Both the position numbers and the translations under genes were made by a program. 64,000 bases of DNA. It comes from Longimicrobiales bacterium. GTDB lineage: Bacteria; Gemmatimonadota; Gemmatimonadetes; Longimicrobiales; Gaopeijiaceae. Numbering within the stretch: position 1 is the first letter of the stretch; every line of letters begins with the position of its first letter. The notes beneath the pieces were generated by a model, which had not been told where the DNA came from, did no database searches, and saw only the letters and a list, made by a program, of their open reading frames with translations. Below, piece after piece: positions 9,895 to 20,751 of this stretch. The stretch is from positions 1,312,001 through 1,376,000 of the forward strand of contig OZ250165.1 of assembly GCA_965238005.1 (NCBI GenBank), in the 5' to 3' direction.

Positions 9895-11669
9895 GGGAGC
9901 CACTCGCTTGGAGATGTCGACCGACGAAGAACCGTATTCCGCGTCTCGCCCTCCTGCTCATGGTTCTTGCCATGACCGCTTGCGCTTCCGGTGAAGCTGG
10001 TCAGCCCGGCGATGCCGGATCCCTGGAAACCGAGACCCGCGTGGAGTTTCCTGCCACCAACCGCCCCGACGTCCGGGGCACGCACGGCGCCGTGAGCTCG
10101 GATCACTCGCTCGCGACGGCCGTCGGCTACACGGTGCTCCAAAACGGTGGCAACGCTGTCGACGCGGTGGTGGCCATGGCCGGGGTTCTGGCGGTCGTAC
10201 GGCCCCACATGAACGGGGTGGGCGGAGATGCCTTCGGCATCTTCTACGACGGCGAGACCGGCGATGTGGTGGGGATGAACGGCAGCGGCAGGGCGGGCGC
10301 CTTGGCCACGCCCGCATTCTTCAAGGAGGCCGGACACGAGGACATTCCCGGGTCTGGACCGCTCTCGGTGAGCGTTCCCGGGGCGGTGGCGGCCTGGGAC
10401 GACGCGCTGGCCCGCTTCGGCACGATGTCCCTCGGCGAGGTCCTGGCGCCGGCCATCGCCTACGCGAGAGACGGCTTCCCGGTCTCCAGCCGGCTGGCCA
10501 GCGACATCGAGGGCGCGTCACAGGGCCTCAACGACGCGGCGCGAGGCATCTACCTGCCTGGGGGCGAGCCCCCACGCGTGGGCTCGCTCTTCAAGAACCC
10601 GGCGCTGGCCGCCACCCTCGAGCGGATCGCCACCGGCGGAAAGGACGCGTTCTACAAGGGGGCGCCGGCCGAGGCCATCTCCCGGTTCCTGGAGAAGGAG
10701 GGTGGCTACCTGCGGGCGGGCGACTTCGCCGCTCACAGCACCACCTGGACGGAGCCTCTGGAAGGGTCATACGTGGACCACCGCATCCTGGTCTTGCCCC
10801 CCAACACGCAGGGGCTCGCGCAGCTCCAGCTGATGGAGATGGCCAAGGCCCACGATCTGGGCAGGATGGGCCACAACTCGGCGGACTACCTCCACACCTT
10901 GATCGAGCTCAAGAAGCTCGCCTTCGCGGACCGCGATCGCTGGGTGGCCGATCCCGAGCACGCCGACTTGCCCATCGATGCGCTTCTCGACACGGACTAC
11001 CTGCGTGAGCGCGCCGGCCTCGTCGGACCCGCGGCCGCGGACGAGGTCGCTCCCGGCATCCAGGGTGCGGTGGCCGCGGACCCCTCCCGGGGGGGGGACC
11101 ACGACGACGCGGGCGACACCGTCTACCTCACGGCGGTGGACCAGTGGGGCAACGGGGTGAGCTGGATCCAGAGCCTCTTCGGATCCTTCGGGTCCGGGCT
11201 CCTGGAGCCGGAGACGGGGGTGGTGCTCCAAAACCGCGGCGCGCTCTTCACCATGAACCCCGCCCACCCCAACCTCGTCGGTCCGGGCAAGCGCCCCTAC
11301 CACACGCTCACGCCCTTGATGGCGCTCAACGCCGACGGCAGCCTGGCTTTCACCCTCGGCACGCCAGGTGGCGACAGCCAAACCCAGTCGCTGATCCAGA
11401 TCGTGAACAACCTCTTCCTATTCGGGATGACGCCTCAGGAGAGCATCGAAGCGCCCCGCTTCCGGAGCTACGACGACCTCAGTGTGGCCTTCGAGGATCG
11501 ATTCCCGGGAGCGGTCCTCGCGGAGCTGGCGGCGCGCGGCCACGAGCCGCGGGTGACGCACGGCTGGACGGCCACCTTCGGTGGGGCTCAGATGATCCGT
11601 ATCGAGCCGTCCGGGACGCTTACGGCGGCGGCGGACCCCCGACGGGAGGCGTACGCCATGGCGTACTGA
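9891..11669 (+). CDS. ggt: Gamma-glutamyltransferase (lipoprotein)
   Basis: GGNAVDA, GVGGDAF, DT nucleophile site, GKRPYHTL, GTPGGD, ADPRR. Confidence 0.92.
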   Translation: MREPLAWRCRPTKNRIPRLALLLMVLAMTACASGEAGQPGDAGSLETETRVEFPATNRPDVRGTHGAVSSDHSLATAVGYTVLQNGGNAVDAVVAMAGVLAVVRPHMNGVGGDAFGIFYDGETGDVVGMNGSGRAGALATPAFFKEAGHEDIPGSGPLSVSVPGAVAAWDDALARFGTMSLGEVLAPAIAYARDGFPVSSRLASDIEGASQGLNDAARGIYLPGGEPPRVGSLFKNPALAATLERIATGGKDAFYKGAPAEAISRFLEKEGGYLRAGDFAAHSTTWTEPLEGSYVDHRILVLPPNTQGLAQLQLMEMAKAHDLGRMGHNSADYLHTLIELKKLAFADRDRWVADPEHADLPIDALLDTDYLRERAGLVGPAAADEVAPGIQGAVAADPSRGGDHDDAGDTVYLTAVDQWGNGVSWIQSLFGSFGSGLLEPETGVVLQNRGALFTMNPAHPNLVGPGKRPYHTLTPLMALNADGSLAFTLGTPGGDSQTQSLIQIVNNLFLFGMTPQESIEAPRFRSYDDLSVAFEDRFPGAVLAELAARGHEPRVTHGWTATFGGAQMIRIEPSGTLTAAADPRREAYAMAY

Positions 11670-11849
11670 GGCGGCCGGTTGTGGGTGGCGAAAACCCCAT
11701 CCAAGTGGCGCGAGGGACTACGGGTGACTCAAGAGCGGCACGCCGATGGGTCAAAGGGTTGTCGAGAGCCGATGCCTACGCCTTTCGTGGCACAAAGTTC
11801 TCGCCACCGCGCTGGGCGACAAACCAGTCATGGACAAGAACGACACGCA

Positions 11850-13013
11850 TTATATTTGCTCGCGAGCAACCAAGGCAGCGTACACATCGAAGGTTTTACT
11901 GCCCATCGCCTCGACGCTACGGCGTCGGGCACGCCTACGACCAAATTCCCTTAGACGTTCCTGCGTCATGGGGTCTCCCAGGATATCCCGAATCGCTTTC
12001 CCGAGCTGAGGCAGGTCGCCGATGGGCACGAGAACATCTTGTTCCTCACTCCATTCACCCAAGAGTTCCCGGGCTCCCACCGTGTCAGTGGCAACGCATG
12101 GCCTTCCCACAGCCATGGCTTCGAGGAGTGCGAGCGGTTCACCTTCCCAGCGGGAGCTGAGCACAAAAAGGTCACTGGCTGTGAGTACGGTGGGGATGTC
12201 CGTCCTCTCTCCGAGAAAGAACGCGCACACGCCAAGGGTATCCGCCAGGCTTTCGAGCCGTCCTCGCTCGGGTCCGTCGCCGGCGATCACGATGCCCACT
12301 CCAGCAGAACCGGCAGCGCGAATTGCCACGTCAACACTCTTTTGCTTAACCAACCTAGCGACCGTGCAGACGAGCGGTTCTCGCTCGGGCAAGCCGAGGG
12401 CGTGACGGGCACGGAGCTTGTCTCCAGGTGCAAAGCGCCTCGTATCGATTCCATTCGGGATGTAGGTCGTGCGATCAACGGGAACGAATCTGGACACGAT
12501 GTCTCGTACGTCTGCGCGAGAAACACCGATCACCGCATCGGCATTGGAGCAGGCTGCCCGCTCTGCACTCGTGAGCAGGCGCTTTCGCAGCGGTCCGACG
12601 TCCTGACGATATGCCAAACCATGCACCGTATAGACGATCCTTGGAAAACTCCCCGCCAGGCGTCGAGCGAGAGCAGCAAAGAACCCAGCCCTGGTGCCGT
12701 GCAGATGCAGCAGATCCGGTTCAACGTCTCGCACCAGGCGAGCAATACGCCTTGGAGCGAGAACATCCCAGCGCGAGCGGAGCAAGTCGATCGAGCGCAC
12801 ATCCATCGTCTCGCGCTCCAACATGTGAGCCAGAGGGCCATCCGAGCCGACCGCGACAACCTGCTCCAATCGATCACGTAGCTGTCGCACCAAGCCCTGT
12901 AGATGCGAGGCTCCCCCACTCAGGGCACCCGTGGCCATCACATGCAGCACTCGGATTCGGGGGGATTCGCACCCCTCCGCTCGGTTGCCAACCAACTCCT
13001 CGGACCCCGTCAA
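11850..13013 (-). CDS. Glycosyltransferase family 4
   Basis: IPNGID, VARLVKQK, EGEPLALLEAMAVGRPCVAT. Confidence 0.9.
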   Translation of the reverse strand: MTGSEELVGNRAEGCESPRIRVLHVMATGALSGGASHLQGLVRQLRDRLEQVVAVGSDGPLAHMLERETMDVRSIDLLRSRWDVLAPRRIARLVRDVEPDLLHLHGTRAGFFAALARRLAGSFPRIVYTVHGLAYRQDVGPLRKRLLTSAERAACSNADAVIGVSRADVRDIVSRFVPVDRTTYIPNGIDTRRFAPGDKLRARHALGLPEREPLVCTVARLVKQKSVDVAIRAAGSAGVGIVIAGDGPERGRLESLADTLGVCAFFLGERTDIPTVLTASDLFVLSSRWEGEPLALLEAMAVGRPCVATDTVGARELLGEWSEEQDVLVPIGDLPQLGKAIRDILGDPMTQERLREFGRRRARRRSVEAMGSKTFDVYAALVAREQI

Positions 13014-13834
13014 GGATGAAGCCCTCGCAACCTTAAATAGAGTCGCACGAGGAAGAGCCCCCCTGGTCCTCGATGCTTCTGCCAGTATAGCAGTTGGCTA
13101 TGTCGGTAGGCCCTCCGTGCAGACTCTGGTGACGTAGCAGCACTCTGTCCCCGCTCATGAACCACGGTGACCGTGGGGTCGTAGTATATGCGCCCGCTTC
13201 CCTCTATTAGGCGCATGCAAAAGTCTATGTCTTCGAAGTAAAGAAAATAGTCTTCATCAAAACCTGAAATCGCCTCGAATTCCGACCTCCAAACCAACAT
13301 TGCCGCTCCGCTCACCCACGCAACGGGCCTGGGTGTGCGATAAAGCCGATCGATTAGCCGTGCCGTGATTGTCCCTTTGGGGTCGAGCCTCTTCTGTACC
13401 CACTTTCTCAGCAATTCCGTTGTCAACGTCGGTTTGAGTCCAAAAGAGAGCTGAAAGAATCCTCGGCTATCGACTTGCCTGAAACCGATCGCCTTTGCAT
13501 CCTCCCGATCCTCCAGGGCCGCTTCCATCAGATCAAGCGCGCCAGCACTTAGTTCCGTGTCAGGATTTAGCAGCAGGATCTTCTCACCCTTCGTCACACT
13601 CGCTCCCGCGTTTACTGCCGCGGCGAAGCCACGATTCTGGTCGAACCGAACGAGGTTGAAGCCCGGAAACTCCTCTTGAACAAGACGAGCTGAGTCATCA
13701 CTTGAGGCGTTGTCCACAACAACCACCTCTGCGGACCGCGGAATAGAACGCAAACACCGACGCAGTAGTGCCGCCACGTTGTAGCTCACAACAATGACGG
13801 AAACAGGCCTGGCGGCCGCCCCATGGGGTATCAA
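13010..13834 (-). CDS. Glycosyltransferase family 2 (WbbL-like)
   Basis: VVDNASSD, NRGFAAAVN, LLNPD, GFDEDYFLYFEDIDFC. Confidence 0.9.
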   Translation of the reverse strand: MIPHGAAARPVSVIVVSYNVAALLRRCLRSIPRSAEVVVVDNASSDDSARLVQEEFPGFNLVRFDQNRGFAAAVNAGASVTKGEKILLLNPDTELSAGALDLMEAALEDREDAKAIGFRQVDSRGFFQLSFGLKPTLTTELLRKWVQKRLDPKGTITARLIDRLYRTPRPVAWVSGAAMLVWRSEFEAISGFDEDYFLYFEDIDFCMRLIEGSGRIYYDPTVTVVHERGQSAATSPESARRAYRHSQLLYWQKHRGPGGLFLVRLYLRLRGLHP

Positions 13835-14117
13835 ACCTTGGATGGCAAGTCCTGAACGTTCCCGTGCGCCTTCTGTGAGTTCAGTTCAGCAACGAGAACT
13901 CCGTGAGAACATCGTGCATGACGTTGGTCGAATCGCACCGAGCTCGCAACCCTGCTTCGCATAGAACCTACAAGCGGGGTCGTTGATGTTCTGGCGTGTG
14001 TGTCTCCTGCCCATTCTGACCTCCTCGCTGAAAGCTGCGACCAAAGCCGGATCCTAACATCAACTTTGGTCTCGTTTCACGGGGTCACGTCACCTGCGGA
14101 GGCTCGTCGGATAGGCG

Positions 14118-16337
14118 CTACCGGGCCCCGGCGGCGCGGGCGCGGATTATGTCGATGGCCGCCTGCTCGGTACTGGTGAAGCGCACCGCGTTCTCGCGGG
14201 CCCGCTCGAGCACCTCCTTCGCCTGCTGGTGCTGGTTCAGCTGGCTGAGGTGCCCGGCCAGCCGCACGTAGCCGGCGCTCTGGTCCGGCGCGAGGTCGAC
14301 CACTTCGCGGAAGAGCTGGAGCGCCTCGGGGGGCTTTTTCAGCATGATCTTCACCCAGGCGAGCTCGGTGAGCAGCTGCTGTCGCTCAGGCGAAAGGTGG
14401 CGGCTCTGCTCGAGCAGGGCCTCAACCTCATGCAGCTGAAGGCCGCCGGACCCGAGCACCTGAACCACCCGCGTCCACTCGGACACCTGGATCACGGTGC
14501 GCACATCGAGCGGGTGCAGGGCGAGGTTCTTCTGGAACTCGTTGAACGCCTGCCGGGCAAGCGGGGCGACCGGATCGGTCCAGCCGATTTCCGCATAGTG
14601 CTCAACGGCCTTCGCGACCTGCTCGAGCAGGAGCCCGCGGGCTCCGTCGTTGTGGGGCGAGCCGAGCGCGAGCGACCGCTCGAACCGGGGACCCGCCTCC
14701 TGACTCACGTTGCCGATCGACCGGATCCACTCGGCGGTCTCGTCGCGGCTTCCCGCCGCGATCTCGCCGGCCCGCAGCTTCACCATCGCCTCCTTCGGGT
14801 CCATGCCCGAGCGCCGCGCCCACAGGGCGAGCTGCTCAACCCGGTGGCTCGCGTTGGCGACCACGGCGTACGTCTTGAGCGCCCGCATGTTCGCGAGCGC
14901 GGGAAGGACGTTCAGCCAGACCACGAGCGCCGCCACTACTCCGAAGACGCCTAGCGCGTGACCGGATCGAACGCGCGCGAGCCCCAAGTAGGGCGCGTCC
15001 TCTTCCGGGCTTAGCCACCGGTTGAGCATCGCCAGGAAGAAGAAGAAGTAGAGGTACGACGTCGCGTTCTCGAACCCGAACGTGACGTGGGCGAGGTGCC
15101 CCAGCATGAACGCGACCGCAGTCGCCGCGAAGGGACGGGAGACCGCGCCGCGCCGATACGCGCTGAGGCTGAGATAGACCGCCAGCGCGAACAGCCCGAG
15201 GTAGAGCACCAGGCCCACGGTCCCCTGCACCGCGAGGGTGTTCATGATCACGTTGTGCGCGTTGTCGAACCAGGTCTCCTGGACGCCGTACTTGAGGAAG
15301 TCCGGCCGGTAGTAGCGGTTGAACGCGTGGTAGTAGTTGTTCGGCCCCCAGCCGAGCACCGGGTGCTCTCGCCACGCCTCGGTGGCTATGCCCCAGGCCA
15401 TGACGCGGGTGTGCACGGTGAAGCTCGCGAGGGTGAGCCCCGAGAAGCGCCGGAGCCCGGGTGTCTTCTCGACGATCTCCGAGTCGCGAAAGACCGCCGC
15501 GAGGCTCCCGGCCAGGATCCCGATCAGCAGAGCGACCCAGAGCGCGACCCGCATGAGGCGCCTCTCGCGGAGCGTGATCGCGTACCAGAGGAGCAAGACG
15601 AACAGGCCGACCGTGAGCCCTATGAACGTGCCGCGCGTCTCGCTTAGAACGATGCCGACCGCGCCGAGCAAGGCCATCCCGAACGCGAGCGCCTTCGCCC
15701 ATGGTGTACGCTCCTTGAAGCCGAGCCACAGGCCGGAGAACACCACGTAGAGCCCGAAGCCGCCCAGGTAGCTCGCGTGGCCCAGCGTCGAGGACACGCG
15801 CTCGTCACCACGGTTCAGCAGGATCTGTGGGTCGAGCTTCTGGGCAATCGCGAGCACGCAGACGATCGTCCCGCAAAACAGTAACGCCTTCGTGAGTCGC
15901 GTCCAGGCGAGCTCGGTGCGGACGATCTGCGTCGCCGCAAGGTAGAAGAGCCCGTAACACAGGAGCGTCGCCATCCCGAGCATCCGCTCGTGGGTATCCC
16001 AGAGCGATCGGTGGACGTCGACGCCGAAGAGGGTGGACAGGCAGAAGCTCAGGAGGAAGAGCCCCACGGCGATGCTGAGCGGCGTCCGCCGTGGCCGGTA
16101 GCGCTCGGGGTGCACGATCCAGAGTGTCGCGTAGACCCCGCCCAGGGCGAGCGCGACCGTGCGGAAGAAGAGGATCTTCGGAACGACGAACGGGAAGATG
16201 AAAAGCTTCGGCAGCACAATCAGGGGCGTGACGAGCGCTAGCGCGATCAGCGCCACGGCCGTCCCCTCCAACCGACGCACACTCACGGCGAGCGGTCTCT
16301 TCGAGGTGGCGTCCTTCTTCTTCGGGGCTCGAGCCAC
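14118..16337 (-). CDS. O-antigen ligase (Wzy_C) family membrane protein with C-terminal TPR
   Basis: Many TM segments; STLGH, TRG, PVLGWG, NAHN; TPR-like helices. GTG start at 16337 with GAGG upstream. Confidence 0.82.
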   Translation of the reverse strand: MARAPKKKDATSKRPLAVSVRRLEGTAVALIALALVTPLIVLPKLFIFPFVVPKILFFRTVALALGGVYATLWIVHPERYRPRRTPLSIAVGLFLLSFCLSTLFGVDVHRSLWDTHERMLGMATLLCYGLFYLAATQIVRTELAWTRLTKALLFCGTIVCVLAIAQKLDPQILLNRGDERVSSTLGHASYLGGFGLYVVFSGLWLGFKERTPWAKALAFGMALLGAVGIVLSETRGTFIGLTVGLFVLLLWYAITLRERRLMRVALWVALLIGILAGSLAAVFRDSEIVEKTPGLRRFSGLTLASFTVHTRVMAWGIATEAWREHPVLGWGPNNYYHAFNRYYRPDFLKYGVQETWFDNAHNVIMNTLAVQGTVGLVLYLGLFALAVYLSLSAYRRGAVSRPFAATAVAFMLGHLAHVTFGFENATSYLYFFFFLAMLNRWLSPEEDAPYLGLARVRSGHALGVFGVVAALVVWLNVLPALANMRALKTYAVVANASHRVEQLALWARRSGMDPKEAMVKLRAGEIAAGSRDETAEWIRSIGNVSQEAGPRFERSLALGSPHNDGARGLLLEQVAKAVEHYAEIGWTDPVAPLARQAFNEFQKNLALHPLDVRTVIQVSEWTRVVQVLGSGGLQLHEVEALLEQSRHLSPERQQLLTELAWVKIMLKKPPEALQLFREVVDLAPDQSAGYVRLAGHLSQLNQHQQAKEVLERARENAVRFTSTEQAAIDIIRARAAGAR

Positions 16338-16347
16338 GAGGTGCCTC

Positions 16348-16480
16348 TCAGGTTCCGTAGTAGGCGCGGTACCAGCCGACGAACCGCTGGAGGCCGACCT
16401 CGAGCGGCGTGGATGGGCTGAAGCCGGAGTCGCGCCGCGCCGGTGTCTCCGAACGTGGCGGGCACATCGCCCGGGGGTTT
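16348..16480 (-). pseudogene. 3' remnant of NAD-dependent sugar epimerase (UDP-glucuronate 4-epimerase-like)
   Basis: PGDVPATFGD and RRDSGFSPSTPLEVGLQRFVGWYRAYY in two frames; no GxxGxxG N-terminus upstream. Confidence 0.72.
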
Positions 16481-16901
16481 GCGCGCACCCGCCAGAAAAG
16501 GTCTGCTGCCAAGGTAGGATAGGACTCTTGGCGCGCCAAGCGGACATGTCAGAGGTGGTGCTGGCCGATTTCTCGACGTCATGCGATCGGCGCGGGCGGT
16601 GGGGGGTCGCAATGAGTATCCGGGGAATGTTCGCTACTTCGCGGTAGGTGGGTCCCCAGTTTTGCCACGTTGATGCATCCGAGCATAGAGAAGAAACAGA
16701 GAGCCCCTGCCCCGCCAGACCCTTCGGGCGTCCACGCCGGAATCCACCCGTGTCTTGAGAGATTTGCGCGAGGACCGACTGTAGTCCCACTTTGACGTGT
16801 CGGACAGCCCCCCTTCCCCGAGGCCACCATTGGAGCGAACCGGACCGGCGAGCCCGCTTGAAGCGCCACGTAACATGCGGCGCCAGGCGAGGTAACCGGC
16901 G

Positions 16902-19900
16902 ATGAAGTTGAGGTTCGCCCAACTCGGAGCTACCGCGCTCATTCTTCTCCTGTCGTGCACGACGGGGGACTCGCCGTCTGGGTTCGAGGGAGCGGGCATT
17001 ACGCGGCTATCTCTGTCGGTAGCGTATCCCACCGAGGTCTCTCCTGCCTCCTCGGCCGACATCAGCCGGATCCGCGTGACGGTTCGACGTGCCTCAGACC
17101 GGACGGTCCTTGACGTGATCGTGACGGAGGTGGAGCCGACGGCGAGCGAGTGGACGCTCGACCTGGAGCTCACGGTTCTGGACGGGGACCCGACGGTGAT
17201 CCTTTTGATCGAGTTGATCTCGGTGGAGAACGGGGTGGAGACCGTCGAGTGGTCGGGCGAGACGGGGCCGATCGGGCTGGCGCCGGGGCAGACGAGCGTG
17301 ATCCAGAACGTGGAAGTCGTGCAGGGCCCGCCGGGGAACCTAGCGGTGACATCAGTGACGATCGGACACCCTGGGGCGCTGGTGGAGGGGATGACGGTCC
17401 AGCTTCAGGCGGCGGTCGAGACGGACCAGCCGGGAGCGCAGACGCGCCTTCTGTGGGAGAGTTCGGACGCGACGAGGGCACGGGTGAGCGCGGACGGGTT
17501 CCTGGAAACCCTCTTGCCGGGGACGGTCCAGATCCGAGCGATGGCAGGCGCCGTAGCGGACGAGATCGAGGTGACAATCGACGCGAGGCCGGTGGGCCTG
17601 CGGTTCGTGGTGGAGCCCACGGATGTAGAGGTGGGTCAGCCCTTCGATTTGGCACCGAGCGTGGAAGCCATCGACACACGTGGGGACCGCGTGACGAACT
17701 TCACTGGTCTGGTGAGCATCGAGCTTCTGGACGCGGCGGCAGCCGGAGGGGGCGCGAGCGTGGGATCGGGCCAAGAGGGAGCGCCCGGCCCCGGGGCGAC
17801 GACTCAGGCCGAGGGGTGTCCGGAGGCACGGCCATGGTTGAACGGCACGACGGAGACAAATGCCGTGAACGGGCTGGCGGAATTCCCAGATGTCACGGTC
17901 GACGCACAATGCGAGTTTCAGATGGTTGCCCGGTCGAGTGGGCTCACTCAGGCGGTCAGCCTCCCGATCACGGCCTCGCCTCAAGAATTCGATCTCTCGG
18001 TCGGCAAGACGGTCCAGAAGGTGTCCGCCGTTGGGGTTTTGAGCATCGATGAGGGTGGCCCCACGGTGACCGTCGATGAGGGTGACGTCGTGCAGTTCAC
18101 AGTCACCGTAACAGACGAGCGGCCCGGCATCATATCGACCTTAGGTGCAGAGATAGACCCCGAAGCTGTAACTGGTGCTACCGTCGTGGATTTCCTGCCA
18201 CCTGGGCTGGTTTACGGTGATCACGAAATTACTACCGGCTCCACAACGTCGTCTACAGCGCCTTTAGCGGGCGCCTATTCTCACTTCGGGGGTGAAGCTG
18301 ACCCCTCGTACAATCCGGAGACTGGAGAGTGGGACGTCGGGGAGTTGCGGGGAACCGTGAGTCTCATCATTTGGGCGACAGTGGGCCCCGGTACCCAGGG
18401 CCAGGTGTTGGTCAACGAGGCGAATTTGACCCGGCAGGGTGACACGAATCCGGACAACAACGCCAGCAGCGCCACGGTGACCGTCAGGGCGAAGATGGCG
18501 GATCTGGGGCTAGGCAAGAGCGTGAGCGAGACGAGCCCGCTGGAAGGCCAAGAAGTGGCCTACACGATCACGGTCACGAACGGCGGTCCGCACCAGGCCG
18601 ATGACATCGTCATCGAAGGGCTAGTGCCGGACGGTCTCTCGATCACGGGAGGAATCGACCTGAATGCCGTCGGACGATTCGACCCCGACACGCGCCTCTG
18701 GCGTATCCCGACGCTCGCCCCGGGCGCGACGACCAGACTCAACGTGGAGGCAACGCCGGGCATGGGGTCAGCGGGCCAGGTGCTGACGAACACGGTGCGG
18801 GTCGCCTCGGTCGGGACGACCGACCCGAATGCTAGTAATGACGAGGCGAGCATATCGATCGACGTCCAGCCGGCGCCGACCCTGCCACCCATAGGAGAAC
18901 CGCTTGGCCCGTCGTACACGACGGTAGGGAATACCGATCTGGTGGCGGGAAGCTTCAGTCTCCCCACGACGCCCCACGTCGCGGATCCGGACAACCTGTT
19001 GTTCAACACCACATTCACCATGGTCACGACAACCGGCACGTTGCCGACGGCCAACGGCGGGACCGTCACCATCGAGGCGGACGGGGACTTCAGGTTCATG
19101 CCGGCTCCCGGTGACATAGATCCGGACGAGTTCTCCTACATGGTGAACACGGGCCAGACCGTGACGACCACCATCGCAATGCAGGACATGGTCTGGTACG
19201 TCGACAACTCTGCGGCCTTCGGCGGCAGTGGAACCTCCGCTCTCCCCTTCACTCAGCTCTCCGAGGCAGAGGCGGCATCCGGGGTGGGCGACCACATCTT
19301 CGTATTCGAAGGGAACGGATTCACGACGGGGATGGGCGACGGGATCACTCTGAAAGACGACCAAAAGATTGTGGGCGAGGGGCAGGGCCTCACGATCGCC
19401 CCGTTCCCCGCCCTCGTACCGGTCGGCAATGACCCTCAGCTCAGCAACATCTCTGGACCTGGCATCACTCTGGCCGACAACAACCTGGTTAGAGGGTTGA
19501 CCTTGGTCGGATCCCAGGGGCCTGCGATCCTGGGCAGTGGGATCATCGGGGGAACGATCGACAATGTTCTCATCGACGCACCGAGCGGCCCTGGCATCCT
19601 TTCTAAGCTCCACCACGGGTTTCTTCACCATCAGCGGTGTGACCACGGACGATACCTCGGGTGCCGGTCTCGAGATCGCGTCCGGAAGCCCCAGTGCGAC
19701 CGTGTTTGGGCTTACGGTCAACAACTCCTTGGGAGAAGGCATATTGCTGAATTCTACCACCTCAACCACCATCATTTTCAATTCGGTGGACATCACGAAC
19801 GCGGGCGGAACAGGCATGTTGTTTGACGAGGTCGGTGGAACCGTGACGATAAACTCCACGTCGGTCAGCGGGAGCTTTTTCGACAACCTGCTTCAGGTGA

Positions 19901-20751
19901 CCACCACCACAACGCCGCCGGTGTTCCTCGACATCGCGGGCTCGTCCTTCGACGGGTCGACCACTGGGAATGGGCTCAACCTGGTGAATCTCGGGGGCGA
20001 CGTGACCCTGACGTTCGACGGGGGGAGCGTGTCCAGCAACAATGCGGCCGCCGGCATTTTCATCGATGCGACCGGGGGGACCACCGACGCGACGATCCTG
20101 AACGGAACCCAGTTTACGGGAGGGTTCACGGGCTTCCGCGCGCGTCACTTGGCAACCACTAGTAGCACCGTCGTCGCCGACATCGACGGCGCGACGTTCG
20201 ATTTCCAGAACGGCTCGGCGATCGAGTTCGAAGGGATATCAACTTCCCTCGACGCGCAGTTCTTTATAACGGTACGCAACACTACCATCAATGGCCCGAG
20301 CGACAATGGCATCAGCATGACACACCAAGAGGATGAGCGGATAAAAATGCTCGCCGCGAACAACGCGATAACCGGAGTGGGGCAGGTCGCAATCCAGTTG
20401 CTATGCGGCACGCAATCGGGGGACCAGCCCGGTTGCGACACGACACTCCTGAACAACACGATCATCGGATCCGCCTTTTTTCCAGGCATCCTGTTGGACA
20501 ACCAATTCGGCTCCACAGTGTGCTACGATATACGTTCGAACGTGGTCACCCCGACCCGCGGAATTGAACTGAATCAGTCCGGCACCGGATTGGTCCGTAT
20601 CGAGCGTCAGGACGGCGTTGTGGGTTCGGAAGGCACGGCGTCGGTCATCGAGGCGCTCATTAAAGGGGAAAACCCGTCGGCAGCGACCGTGACCGTGAAC
20701 AACAGTTCGTTCTTCCTCTGGGGGTCCCCCGGAGCCTGCCCGGAGCCGTAG
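16902..20751 (+). CDS. Large surface lipoprotein (Ig-like, DUF11 repeats, beta-helix), split by a frameshift near 19598
   Basis: LLLSC lipobox; DLSVGK/DLGLGK...YTITVTNGGP...DPNASND; WYVDNS; removing one C from GGCATCCTTTCTA joins 16902..19826 and 19537..20751. Confidence 0.72.
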
